Shown here in pieces: positions 19,519 through 27,568 of a stretch of DNA of 64,000 bases. The notes under the pieces were generated by a model, which had not been told where the DNA came from, searched no databases, and saw only the letters and a program-made list of their open reading frames with translations. Position 1 is the first letter of the stretch. Every line of letters begins with the position of its first letter. Both the position numbers and the translations under genes were made by a program. This DNA comes from Candidatus Lustribacter sp. (lineage in GTDB: Bacteria; Vulcanimicrobiota; Vulcanimicrobiia; Vulcanimicrobiales; Vulcanimicrobiaceae): the NCBI GenBank assembly GCA_965277805.1, contig OZ255842.1, forward strand, positions 5,184,001-5,248,000, given 5' to 3'.

Positions 19519-20338
19519 ATGAGCGCCGCGGGGGACGACGTCTTAATTCAGGTCCATATTCCGAAATGTGCGGGCACGTCCGTGGCCCTGCTGGATGAGG
19601 CGTGCGGCCGTCAGCGGGGCGCTCGCCGGCTTCGGGTCGCTGTACGGCGACGAAGGCATTTTTGACGAGGAACGGCTTTGGCGAGCCTGCTTGAGTGATC
19701 CACGAACACGAGCTGCAAGTTCCCATTCCATCCGCCGCTTCCCGCGGGCCATTCGCGGCCGGCGCCTCCACTATTTCACGATCTTGCGCCATCCGCTGGC
19801 CAACTTTCTCTCGGGCGCGCGCTACATGCAGCAGAACCGGCCGAAATTCGGCGTCCCCGACTCGGTGGGTAACTCCACCCGCGCGATGGCGAAATGGATC
19901 CTCTCGCGTCCGCTGGGCGAGCCGTTCCGCGAGAATAACCAAACCAACCACCTGGCCCTCTTTCCGTGGTGTGCCGAAACGAACGGGCGCTTGCGGGGGG
20001 AGGAGTACGGCTTCTGGCACGCCTCCGATCAAGCGGCATATCAGCGCGACCGGGTTGCGCTCGCGAAGCGTGCGCTCGATTCGTTCATCGTCGTCGGTTG
20101 CGTCGAGCGATTGCCGCACTCACTCGATCTCCTCCGCAGACGGAGCGCGGCGTTTGGGATCGATCTGCCGCCGGTTGAAGACATCAAGCGCGACAACGTC
20201 ACGACGGTGCCGTTGGATGATGTTTCCTGGCTTCACGAAGACCTCGGCGTTCGCGTGATGGAGTCGTTCGCCGCCGACCTCGAGGTGTACGCGTACGGAG
20301 TAAAACTGCAGGAGGCAGCGAATCCGAGCTTCCGGTGA
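19519..20338 (+). pseudogene. Sulfotransferase-like gene with +1 frameshift (or sequencing error)
   Basis: MSAAGDDVLIQVHIPKCAGTSVA lies in one frame and the rest (WMRR..GFGSLYG..TILRHP) in another; comparison with the paralog places an extra C at 19586-19588. Confidence 0.78.
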
Positions 20339-21159
20339 GCCCGCCCGGGGACGACGTCCTCATACAAATCCATATTCCGAAGTGCGCCGGTACGGCAGTC
20401 GCCTTCTGGATGATGAACGCAACCGCCGGCAACGGCGCGGCGGGGTTCGGATCGCTGTACGGCAGCCACTCAGCCTTCGACGACGAAGCGCTGTGGGAGG
20501 CGTGCCTGAACGACCCGTCGATCCGGACGGCGAGCTCGCACGACGTGCGTCGCTTCCCGGCCGGCATCCACGGCCGGCGCATTCGCTACTTCACGATTTT
20601 GCGCCATCCATTGGCAAATTTTCTGTCCGCGGCTCGCTATATGCAGTCGGACCGGCCGCAGTTCCGCGTTCCCGATAGCGTCGGCAGCGGCACGCGCGAG
20701 ATCGCACAGTGGATGCTTTCGCGGCCGATCGGAGCGCCGTTCCGCGAGAACAACCAGACCAACCACCTGGCCCTCTATCCGTGGTGCGATGCAACGGGCG
20801 GACGCTGCCGTCCCGAAGAGTACGGCTCGTGGGATGCGGCCGATCAAGCGGCTTACGAACGCGAGCGGGTGGCGCTTGCGAAGCGCGCACTCGATTCATT
20901 TCTCGTGACCGGCACCGTCGAGCGTTTACCCGAGTCGCTCGGCTTGGTTCGCACTCGTAGCGCCGCGTTCGGCCTCCAATTTCCGCCGGTCGAAGAACTC
21001 GGCCGCAACAATACGACGCCGGTACCGATGGACGACGTTTCCTGGATTCAAACCGATGAGGTCGGCCGCCGTCTCCTCGATGCCGTCGCCGCGGACTGGG
21101 AAGTGTACGAACACGGAAGCAAATTACTCGACGCCGCATTGAAAACCGATGGCGTCTGA
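20335..21159 (+). CDS. Sulfotransferase family protein
   Basis: 5'-PSB-like HIPKCAGT and 3'-PB-like FTILRHP motifs. Confidence 0.78.
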   Translation: MSPPGDDVLIQIHIPKCAGTAVAFWMMNATAGNGAAGFGSLYGSHSAFDDEALWEACLNDPSIRTASSHDVRRFPAGIHGRRIRYFTILRHPLANFLSAARYMQSDRPQFRVPDSVGSGTREIAQWMLSRPIGAPFRENNQTNHLALYPWCDATGGRCRPEEYGSWDAADQAAYERERVALAKRALDSFLVTGTVERLPESLGLVRTRSAAFGLQFPPVEELGRNNTTPVPMDDVSWIQTDEVGRRLLDAVAADWEVYEHGSKLLDAALKTDGV

Positions 21160-21952
21160 CGATCTCCTCGTTTTCGTCCACATTCCGAAGTCCGCCGGAA
21201 CCGCGCTAAACACGTGGCTTGCGCTCTCGCACCATTACGGCAACCTCTACGTGAAAGCCGTGAATTCACCGGTCAACGCACTGCGCTGGACCGATGTCAA
21301 CCCGGTCGACCTGGCCGATCCGAAATTGCGATCGGTGGCCTCACATCACTTGCGCACGTACCCGCCGATCGTCCACGGACGACGCATGCGTTACATCACG
21401 ATTCTGCGCGACCCGATCGCGTGGTGGATTTCGCACGTCCGTTTTTTTCAAAAGCTCGAGGCGAACGAATCGCGGCCGCAGCGTACGCTGCGCGAATATG
21501 CCGAATGGATTCTCGATCAGCCGGAGCTGACGATGCTCGAGCAACTCAACGGCCAGACGAATTTCCTCGCCGAGCACGAGTGGTTCCGGTTGAATCGCCG
21601 CGACGACACCGGCATCGATTGGCAGGCCGAGGGCGATCTCTTCACGCGGTATCGCAGCGAGCGCTTCGAATTCGCGAAAGCGATCCTGCAAAATTTCGAT
21701 GCGGTCGGAACGGTCGAACGGCTGGATGACTTCACCCAAATCTTGCAGGCGAAAGCGCCGGCGTGGGACGTTCCGCTGATCCGCATCGATGGGCTCAACC
21801 CCACGCACGTGACGCAAGCGCCGCCGGTGGATGCGTCCTGGATCCACGCCGGCGATCCGGTGGGAAAGCGTTTGCTGGATGCGTTCGCCGAGGATTTCGA
21901 ACTGCACCGGCTGGCCGGCGAGCGGCTCGCCGCCGACTTCACGCAGCGCTAG
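21149..21952 (+). CDS. Sulfotransferase family protein
   Basis: FVHIPKSAGT and ITILRDP. Confidence 0.8.
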   Translation: MASDDLLVFVHIPKSAGTALNTWLALSHHYGNLYVKAVNSPVNALRWTDVNPVDLADPKLRSVASHHLRTYPPIVHGRRMRYITILRDPIAWWISHVRFFQKLEANESRPQRTLREYAEWILDQPELTMLEQLNGQTNFLAEHEWFRLNRRDDTGIDWQAEGDLFTRYRSERFEFAKAILQNFDAVGTVERLDDFTQILQAKAPAWDVPLIRIDGLNPTHVTQAPPVDASWIHAGDPVGKRLLDAFAEDFELHRLAGERLAADFTQR

Positions 21953-22671
21953 CGCGCCGGCGGGATCGTCACGGGCTGGAGCGGATCGCCGTCCGGCGCA
22001 CCGGTGGTGTCGAAGCGCTGATCGACCGGAATCGCTGCACCGAGTTTGCCGTCGCTCAAGGCGATAGCGGCCGGATTCGCGCACGGCCGCGTGACGACGT
22101 CGACGCCGGCGTTCGCGGGTGTGGTGCCGATGATGATCGCTTGCTGGCCCGTTGCGAGCGCGTAGCTGTGCGCTCCGACCGTTACGGTGACGTCGCCGGC
22201 GCTGCAGTCGACGCAGTAGAAATCCGTTCCGCTAGGTCCGGTGACGACGTAGCCTTCGGTGCCGCGCACGCCGATCTGCGACGTCGGCGTGACGAAGCGA
22301 TAGTTCGCGCGTCCGCCGGCCGGATGACGGATGTTGAAGTGGAGCACGCCCAACTCGAGCACCACGACGTTCGGATTGCTGGTGTCGGCGGCATTGAATG
22401 CGCCGAGGCGCACGCGCGTTTTCGCGCCGACGTCGATCGTGCTCGAGTCGGGTAGCACCACTTGCGCGCGCGATTGCGCGAGCGTGACCGCCAGCGCTTC
22501 ATCGCCGAGGTCGATCTTGCCGAGCACCGCGTGGTAGGCCGGGTCGGAGCCGCTCTGGTACTGCACGGTGCCGTTGACCCGCGCGAGTTGTTTGTCGGCG
22601 GCCGCGCGCAACGGCGTACACACGGCGAGTGCGATGAGCGCGATCGCGACGCACGCGGCGAACGCGCGCAT
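21949..22671 (-). CDS. Secreted FecR-domain protein
   Basis: Signal peptide, LPDSSTIDVGAKT and TPTSQIGVRGT. Confidence 0.78.
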   Translation of the reverse strand: MRAFAACVAIALIALAVCTPLRAAADKQLARVNGTVQYQSGSDPAYHAVLGKIDLGDEALAVTLAQSRAQVVLPDSSTIDVGAKTRVRLGAFNAADTSNPNVVVLELGVLHFNIRHPAGGRANYRFVTPTSQIGVRGTEGYVVTGPSGTDFYCVDCSAGDVTVTVGAHSYALATGQQAIIIGTTPANAGVDVVTRPCANPAAIALSDGKLGAAIPVDQRFDTTGAPDGDPLQPVTIPPAR

Positions 22672-22672
22672 G

Positions 22673-23347
22673 TCAGCCGCGCCGCGCGGCCGCGCGATCG
22701 CGCGAACGCTGCCGTCGCCACTCGGCGATCTTCGCGTGATCGCCGGAGAGCAGCACGTCGGGAACGGCGACGCCGCGAAATACCGGCGGCCGGGTGAACG
22801 CCGGATGGTCGATCGTGTCGGCGCCGCCGGCGAACGATTCGGCGTCGCGCGATTCGGCCGCGATCACGCCGTCGACCAAACGAACCGTCGCGTCGAGAAA
22901 CGCCATCGCCGCGATTTCGCCGCCGGTCAGCACGTAGGGTCCGAGCGAGAACTCTTCGACCGGATAGAGCGCGGCGAGCCGTTCATCGACGCCCTCGTAG
23001 TGGCCGCAGATCAGGATCAAGCGGTCGAGGCCGGCGAACGCCTCGGCATCCGGCTGCCCGAAAGCGCGGCCGGAGGCGGCTGTCAGCACGATGCGTCGCC
23101 GCTCACCTGCGGGGGCGCCGGCGAGAATGCCGTCGAGCGTGCGAGCCAACGGCTCGATCCGCAGCACCATGCCCGGGCCGCCGCCGTAGGGGCGCTCGTC
23201 GGCGCGCGCGCCGGGCTCGAGGCCGTCGAGCAAATCGTGGACGCGCACGCCGATCAGCCCGCGTTCGATGGCGCGGCCCACGATCGAGAGGCCGATGACC
23301 GGGGCGAACATCTCCGGGAAGAGCGAGATGACGTCGACGTGCAACAT
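22673..23347 (-). CDS. trmD: tRNA (guanine-N1)-methyltransferase
   Basis: DVISLFPEMF, PYGGGPGMV, CGHYEGVDER and YVLTGGEIAA. Confidence 0.96.
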   Translation of the reverse strand: MLHVDVISLFPEMFAPVIGLSIVGRAIERGLIGVRVHDLLDGLEPGARADERPYGGGPGMVLRIEPLARTLDGILAGAPAGERRRIVLTAASGRAFGQPDAEAFAGLDRLILICGHYEGVDERLAALYPVEEFSLGPYVLTGGEIAAMAFLDATVRLVDGVIAAESRDAESFAGGADTIDHPAFTRPPVFRGVAVPDVLLSGDHAKIAEWRRQRSRDRAAARRG

Positions 23348-23831
23348 GGGCGCAGTGGGTTTCTTCGCGCGGCTCTTTGGAATGGCCCCGGTGGCGCCGG
23401 CGGGCCCGCTCGAGCGCGGCGCTCGCGCCTTGCGGCGCGGCAACCTCGACGAGGCCGACAGCGCGTTTGCCGAGGCGCTCGCAACGGCGGCCGACGATCG
23501 CGGCCGGGCCTTGGCGCACAACAAACGTGCGCTGGTGGCGCTCGCCCGGGGCGATCGCACCGCCGCGCAGGCGGCCGTGGACGAGGCGCTGCGCACGTAC
23601 GCCGCCTGCGTTCCGGCGATGGTGAACGCCGGCAACCTGCTGCTCGAAGCCGGCGACGTTCCCGGGGCCATCGCGCGCTTCGAGGCTGCGATCGCGCTCG
23701 ACCCCGACTACCCGGAGGCCCACCACAACCTCGGCGTCGCCTACCGGCGGGCGGGCCGGCGCAGTGATGCGGTGCGCGAATTGCGCCGGGCGACGGGGTT
23801 GGAGCGGCGCCGCAAGAATGACCGACCCTGA
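23346..23831 (+). CDS. TPR repeat protein
   Basis: TPR consensus (LDPDYPEAHHNLGVAY); start is ATG 23346 or GTG 23355. Confidence 0.8.
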   Translation: MGAVGFFARLFGMAPVAPAGPLERGARALRRGNLDEADSAFAEALATAADDRGRALAHNKRALVALARGDRTAAQAAVDEALRTYAACVPAMVNAGNLLLEAGDVPGAIARFEAAIALDPDYPEAHHNLGVAYRRAGRRSDAVRELRRATGLERRRKNDRP

Positions 23832-24325
23832 TGGATCAGGATCAGGTTCTCCTATCGGACGAACTGCTCGCGGTATGCCGGGCGGCGGTGACCTACGCCG
23901 TCGAGTATGGCGCCACGTTCGTCGCCCCGCCGCACGTGCTGCTGGCGCTGCTCGACGATCCGAAGATCGGCGATGCGCTCAACGAAGTGCTGGAACGCGG
24001 CCGCATCGTAGCCGCGGCACGCCAGCCGTCGCCCGGCGGCGTGCACGAGGTCGGTGAAGGCGTCATGCCGCGCGGCGAAAAGCCGCCGTTCCTCCGATAC
24101 GATTCGCTCGTCTTTCATTCGAGCGACGGCCAGTATCAGCGCTGGCTCAACCGCGATTCGTTCAAGCTGTTCAACGAGTCGGCCAAACGCGCGAACGGCG
24201 GACGGTTCTTACCGCGTCATCTCGCGCTCGGCATCACCGTGGTAGCACAAGACGATCAGAACGTGCGCTCGCTCCTGGGCAAAGAACCCGAAACCTTCAA
24301 AGAAATCGTCTACGCGCTCAAGTGA
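23831..24325 (+). CDS. Clp N-terminal-domain-like protein
   Basis: Two Clp-N-like motifs (APPHVLLALL and LPRHLALGI); TGATG coupling to the TPR gene. Confidence 0.6.
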   Translation: MDQDQVLLSDELLAVCRAAVTYAVEYGATFVAPPHVLLALLDDPKIGDALNEVLERGRIVAAARQPSPGGVHEVGEGVMPRGEKPPFLRYDSLVFHSSDGQYQRWLNRDSFKLFNESAKRANGGRFLPRHLALGITVVAQDDQNVRSLLGKEPETFKEIVYALK

Positions 24326-24327
24326 CA

Positions 24328-24377
24328 GGATTCAGCTACGCTGAATCCGTGGCGTTTGGCCCTTCGGGCCAAGCCGC
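24328..24377. repeat. Two-hairpin dispersed repeat, copy 1
   Basis: GGATTCAGC-TAC-GCTGAATCC GTG GCGTTTGGCCC-TTC-GGGCCAAGCCGC. Confidence 0.7.
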
Positions 24378-24892
24378 GGCATCGTCTCAATAGTGCGGAT
24401 TTCTTCTAGGTATTCGAAGAGTTGGGGGAGGGTAATTTTTTCTAGTTCGCAGCGGGCCAGAGCGGCGTCGCCGTCTTCGCCTTCGTCGCGCAGGTAGCAG
24501 CGCGACTCGACGCCCGCGCTCTCGCTGAGGAACGACACCGCGAACCCCTTGCCGAGGGTGTCGTCGTAGATGCGCATCGCGGCGGGATTGAGGATCTCGA
24601 TCGAGTGCGCGCTATTGTTGGCGTCGAAGATCGTTATCGTGAGGTAGTCGCGGTTCGCGATCTCGATCGAGCCGACGACGAACGCGTTCTTGGCGGAAAA
24701 GAATTCATGACCGCGTTTGTTTCGTGAGCTCACCTCGTAGAACACGCGATGGGCGACGAAGCGGTTGAGAATCTTGCGGAGCGTGGCAATCGACGCAAGG
24801 GTTTCCGTGCGGTTGCCGCGGGTGTATATGATCTTCAAGAAAGGGGCGCCGCCGGCTCTCAAAAATTTTGCCCGCCGCCAACAGCGGGGCAT
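24332..24892 (-). CDS. Hypothetical protein (true start uncertain, probably downstream)
   Basis: Open frame with natural globular composition; no motif recognised. Confidence 0.65.
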   Translation of the reverse strand: MPRCWRRAKFLRAGGAPFLKIIYTRGNRTETLASIATLRKILNRFVAHRVFYEVSSRNKRGHEFFSAKNAFVVGSIEIANRDYLTITIFDANNSAHSIEILNPAAMRIYDDTLGKGFAVSFLSESAGVESRCYLRDEGEDGDAALARCELEKITLPQLFEYLEEIRTIETMPRLGPKGQTPRIQRS

Positions 24893-24928
24893 GTGCCGTT
24901 ACCCGGCGCCGGGAAGAAACCCTACCGG

Positions 24929-25306
24929 ATGCTCTCCATTCCCGATATGGCGCTGCTCGGCGCCGCCGCCCTCATGTTCTTCGGACCCGAACAGCTTCCC
25001 AAGGTGGCGCGGAAGGTCGGGCTCTTGGTCCGCGACGTTCAGAACACGTCGCAGTCGTTCATCCGCGAGATGGAACGGGCCGCCGACGGCACCAATTACG
25101 GCCCGGATATTTCGCGCGCGCACCTGATCGAAGACCCGCTCGCGACGAACGCAACGCTGCCCTCATACGATGAACCATACGTCCATCCGTACGCAGCAGC
25201 CGAGCCCATCGCCGAGCCGCCCGTGCTCCCGGCGTCGCCGTATCACGACGTCATGCCGCCCCGCGCTGCAAACAGCACGGCCGGCGACCACGACCTTCCC
25301 CCTTAG
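24929..25306 (+). CDS. Twin-arginine translocase TatA/TatB family subunit
   Basis: TM helix then FFGPEQLPKVARKVG amphipathic helix and a disordered tail. Confidence 0.85.
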   Translation: MLSIPDMALLGAAALMFFGPEQLPKVARKVGLLVRDVQNTSQSFIREMERAADGTNYGPDISRAHLIEDPLATNATLPSYDEPYVHPYAAAEPIAEPPVLPASPYHDVMPPRAANSTAGDHDLPP

Positions 25307-25530
25307 AGGTTGAAGTTTTGGCGGATCTCGTTGATCCGCGATTCCAACAGACCGCGCACCTGGCGATGCAGGCGGTCCTTTTGCTCTTCCGGGAGGCGCT
25401 GATACACGAGGTACCCGGCCGCCGAAAGGATGCCGCCGAGAACGCCGACCATAACGGTGCGCCCCGCATCACCGGGATCGGGTGCGTTCTGGCCCGGATC
25501 GTTCGTCGGGGGTTTGGTCGAGTCGGTCAT
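25303..25530 (-). CDS. Small single-TM hypothetical protein
   Basis: GGAG RBS, one TM segment and a charged helical C-terminus. Confidence 0.7.
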   Translation of the reverse strand: MTDSTKPPTNDPGQNAPDPGDAGRTVMVGVLGGILSAAGYLVYQRLPEEQKDRLHRQVRGLLESRINEIRQNFNL

Positions 25531-25577
25531 TGTTTGGGCTCCGTTCGACGCAACTCTACCCAAAAACTTCGCGCTCG

Positions 25578-25907
25578 TTACGCTTCTTGGCCGGTTCGCG
25601 CGCGCACGTGTTGTGGAAATTGCCGCCCGATCTGGGCGATCGCGAGCTCGGCCGTTGCGACGATCGCCTGCACGTCGATGCGGTCGCGTTCGGCTTCCGG
25701 CCAGCGCATCGCGAGCCGTCCGCCCGCACGTTCGCCTTCGACCTCAACGTGCGCGTGGTCGGTGAGCCCCACCCACGCGGCCTGAAGAATCGCCGAGGCC
25801 GCCGCGCAGATCACATCTTCGCCGGCGTCGGCCCAGCCGGCGTGACCCTCGGCAAAAACAGAGGACAGCCGATTGCGGCTGTCCCTGCGAAACGTCACCG
25901 TGACCAC
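25578..25907 (-). CDS. prp: Ribosomal-processing cysteine protease Prp
   Basis: GHAG...GEDVICAAASA motif, directly downstream of rplU. Confidence 0.9.
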   Translation of the reverse strand: MVTVTFRRDSRNRLSSVFAEGHAGWADAGEDVICAAASAILQAAWVGLTDHAHVEVEGERAGGRLAMRWPEAERDRIDVQAIVATAELAIAQIGRQFPQHVRARTGQEA

Positions 25908-25911
25908 CGGA

Positions 25912-26229
25912 CTACACCGGCAGGGTGATTTTTTCGATCCGGATTTCCGCGAAGCGCTGGCGGTGACCGACGAGCTTGCGGACGCGCTTCTTCGGCTTGT
26001 ACTTGAAGACGAGGATCTTCTTGTCTTTGGCCTGGCGCAGGACCGTACCCGAGACGACGGCGCCGCTGACGATCGGCGTGCCGATGTTCACGGCGCTTCC
26101 GTTCGAGCTCAGAACCACGCGATCGAAGGTAACCGTGGAGCCGACTTCCTGGTCGATGAGGTCGGTGCGGATGACGTCGCCTTCGGCTACGCGCAGCTGC
26201 TTGCCGCCGGTCTCAATGATCGCGTACAT
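25912..26229 (-). CDS. rplU: 50S ribosomal protein L21
   Basis: MYAIIETGGKQ and FKYKPKK..GHRQ. Confidence 0.97.
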   Translation of the reverse strand: MYAIIETGGKQLRVAEGDVIRTDLIDQEVGSTVTFDRVVLSSNGSAVNIGTPIVSGAVVSGTVLRQAKDKKILVFKYKPKKRVRKLVGHRQRFAEIRIEKITLPV

Positions 26230-26280
26230 AACCGCGGTATTTTATCAGAACGGGGTGACCGAAGTCAATGAAACGCCCTC

Positions 26281-26356
26281 TGTCACCCCGAGCTTGTCGA
26301 GGGGCAGCCTCGATCGCTAACCTTGGTGGCGGCCCCTCGACAAGCTCGGGGTGACA
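26281..26356. repeat. REP-like perfect 25-bp inverted repeat
   Basis: TGTCACCCCGAGCTTGTCGAGGGGC (26281-26305) and its exact reverse complement (26332-26356). Confidence 0.85.
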
Positions 26357-26412
26357 ACTGCCGCCGAGCGCCACGCGGAGGAGCCTTTTGGGAGGCGCCG
26401 CAAGGCCTGGAC

Positions 26413-27564
26413 ATGAGCACCGCAGCCGAGCCCAGCCTCGATGACCTCCGGGTCGACATCGTCGGGAGTTTTCTCCGTCCACCCGCTCTCAAGCGCGCCG
26501 CGGCGGCCTTCGCCGAGGGCGCGGACAACGCGGCCGAACTGCACGCCATCGAGGACACCGCGATCGCGGCGCTGATCGCGGAAGAAGAAGCGCACGGCCT
26601 GCCGATCGTTTCGGACGGTGAGTTCCGGCGTCGCCACTTCATGGAAAGCTTCGCCGACGTGGCCGGCACCGAGCCGTGGCGGGCCGAGCTCACGCGCGCG
26701 ATGGTCACCAAATCGCCCGAGAAGTCGGGCGCGGTCAAGGTGCTCGAGAAGGAGCACGGCAACGAGGTCCGCTGCCCCGTGACGCAGCGGCTCGAGCTCG
26801 TGCGCAACGCGCCGCTCGAGGAATACCGCTTCGCCGCAAGCCACGCGACGCGCCCGGCCACCGTTACGCTGATCGGGCCCGATCGCATCGGCCAGCGCTA
26901 CGCCTACGAACAATCGCTCGACGTGTATCCCGGCGGCCTCGATGAATTTCTCGGCGAGGTCGTCCGCGTCGAACGTGAGATCATCGGCGGTCTTGCAGCC
27001 GCGGGCTGCCGCTACGTGCACATGGACGCCCCCGGCTACACCGCGTACGTCGATGAAGATACGCTCGCCGCAATGCGCGGCCGCGGCGAAGATCCGGCGC
27101 AGAATCTCGAGCGCTCGATTCGCGCCGACAACGGCGTCGTGCGCGATTTCCCCGGCGTGACGTTCGGCGTCCATCTCTGCCGCGGCAACAGCCGCAGCCA
27201 GTGGCATCGTAAGGGCAGTTACGAAGCGATCGCGGAGAAGCTGTTCGGAAGCCTGGAGCACCAGCGCTTTTTGCTCGAGTACGACGACGAGCGTTCGGGT
27301 GGATTCGAACCGTTGCGTTTCGTGCCCAAGGGGAAAGTCGTCGTGCTGGGCTTGATCACGACCAAGCGCGGCGCGCTCGAATCGCCGGATGAGCTGATGC
27401 GGCGCATCGATGAGGCCGCCAAATATCTGCCGCTCGAACAACTCGCGCTCAGCCCGCAATGCGGCTTTGCGTCGGGGCTCGCCGGCAACCAGTTGACCGA
27501 AGACGAGCAATGGCGCAAAGTCGACCTGCTCGTCGAAACCGCACGCCGGGTTTGGGGAGGCTGA
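26413..27564 (+). CDS. Cobalamin-independent methionine synthase II family (single-barrel MetE-like)
   Basis: VGSFLRP, SDGEFRR and Zn ligands HLCRGN, LEYD, SPQCGFAS. Confidence 0.88.
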   Translation: MSTAAEPSLDDLRVDIVGSFLRPPALKRAAAAFAEGADNAAELHAIEDTAIAALIAEEEAHGLPIVSDGEFRRRHFMESFADVAGTEPWRAELTRAMVTKSPEKSGAVKVLEKEHGNEVRCPVTQRLELVRNAPLEEYRFAASHATRPATVTLIGPDRIGQRYAYEQSLDVYPGGLDEFLGEVVRVEREIIGGLAAAGCRYVHMDAPGYTAYVDEDTLAAMRGRGEDPAQNLERSIRADNGVVRDFPGVTFGVHLCRGNSRSQWHRKGSYEAIAEKLFGSLEHQRFLLEYDDERSGGFEPLRFVPKGKVVVLGLITTKRGALESPDELMRRIDEAAKYLPLEQLALSPQCGFASGLAGNQLTEDEQWRKVDLLVETARRVWGG

Positions 27565-27568
27565 ACGA

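Noticed and set aside
26330-26412. SAM or cobalamin riboswitch upstream of the MetE-like gene or metH; glycine riboswitch upstream of gcvT
   Set aside because: No conserved aptamer cores seen; the gaps before metH and gcvT are too short
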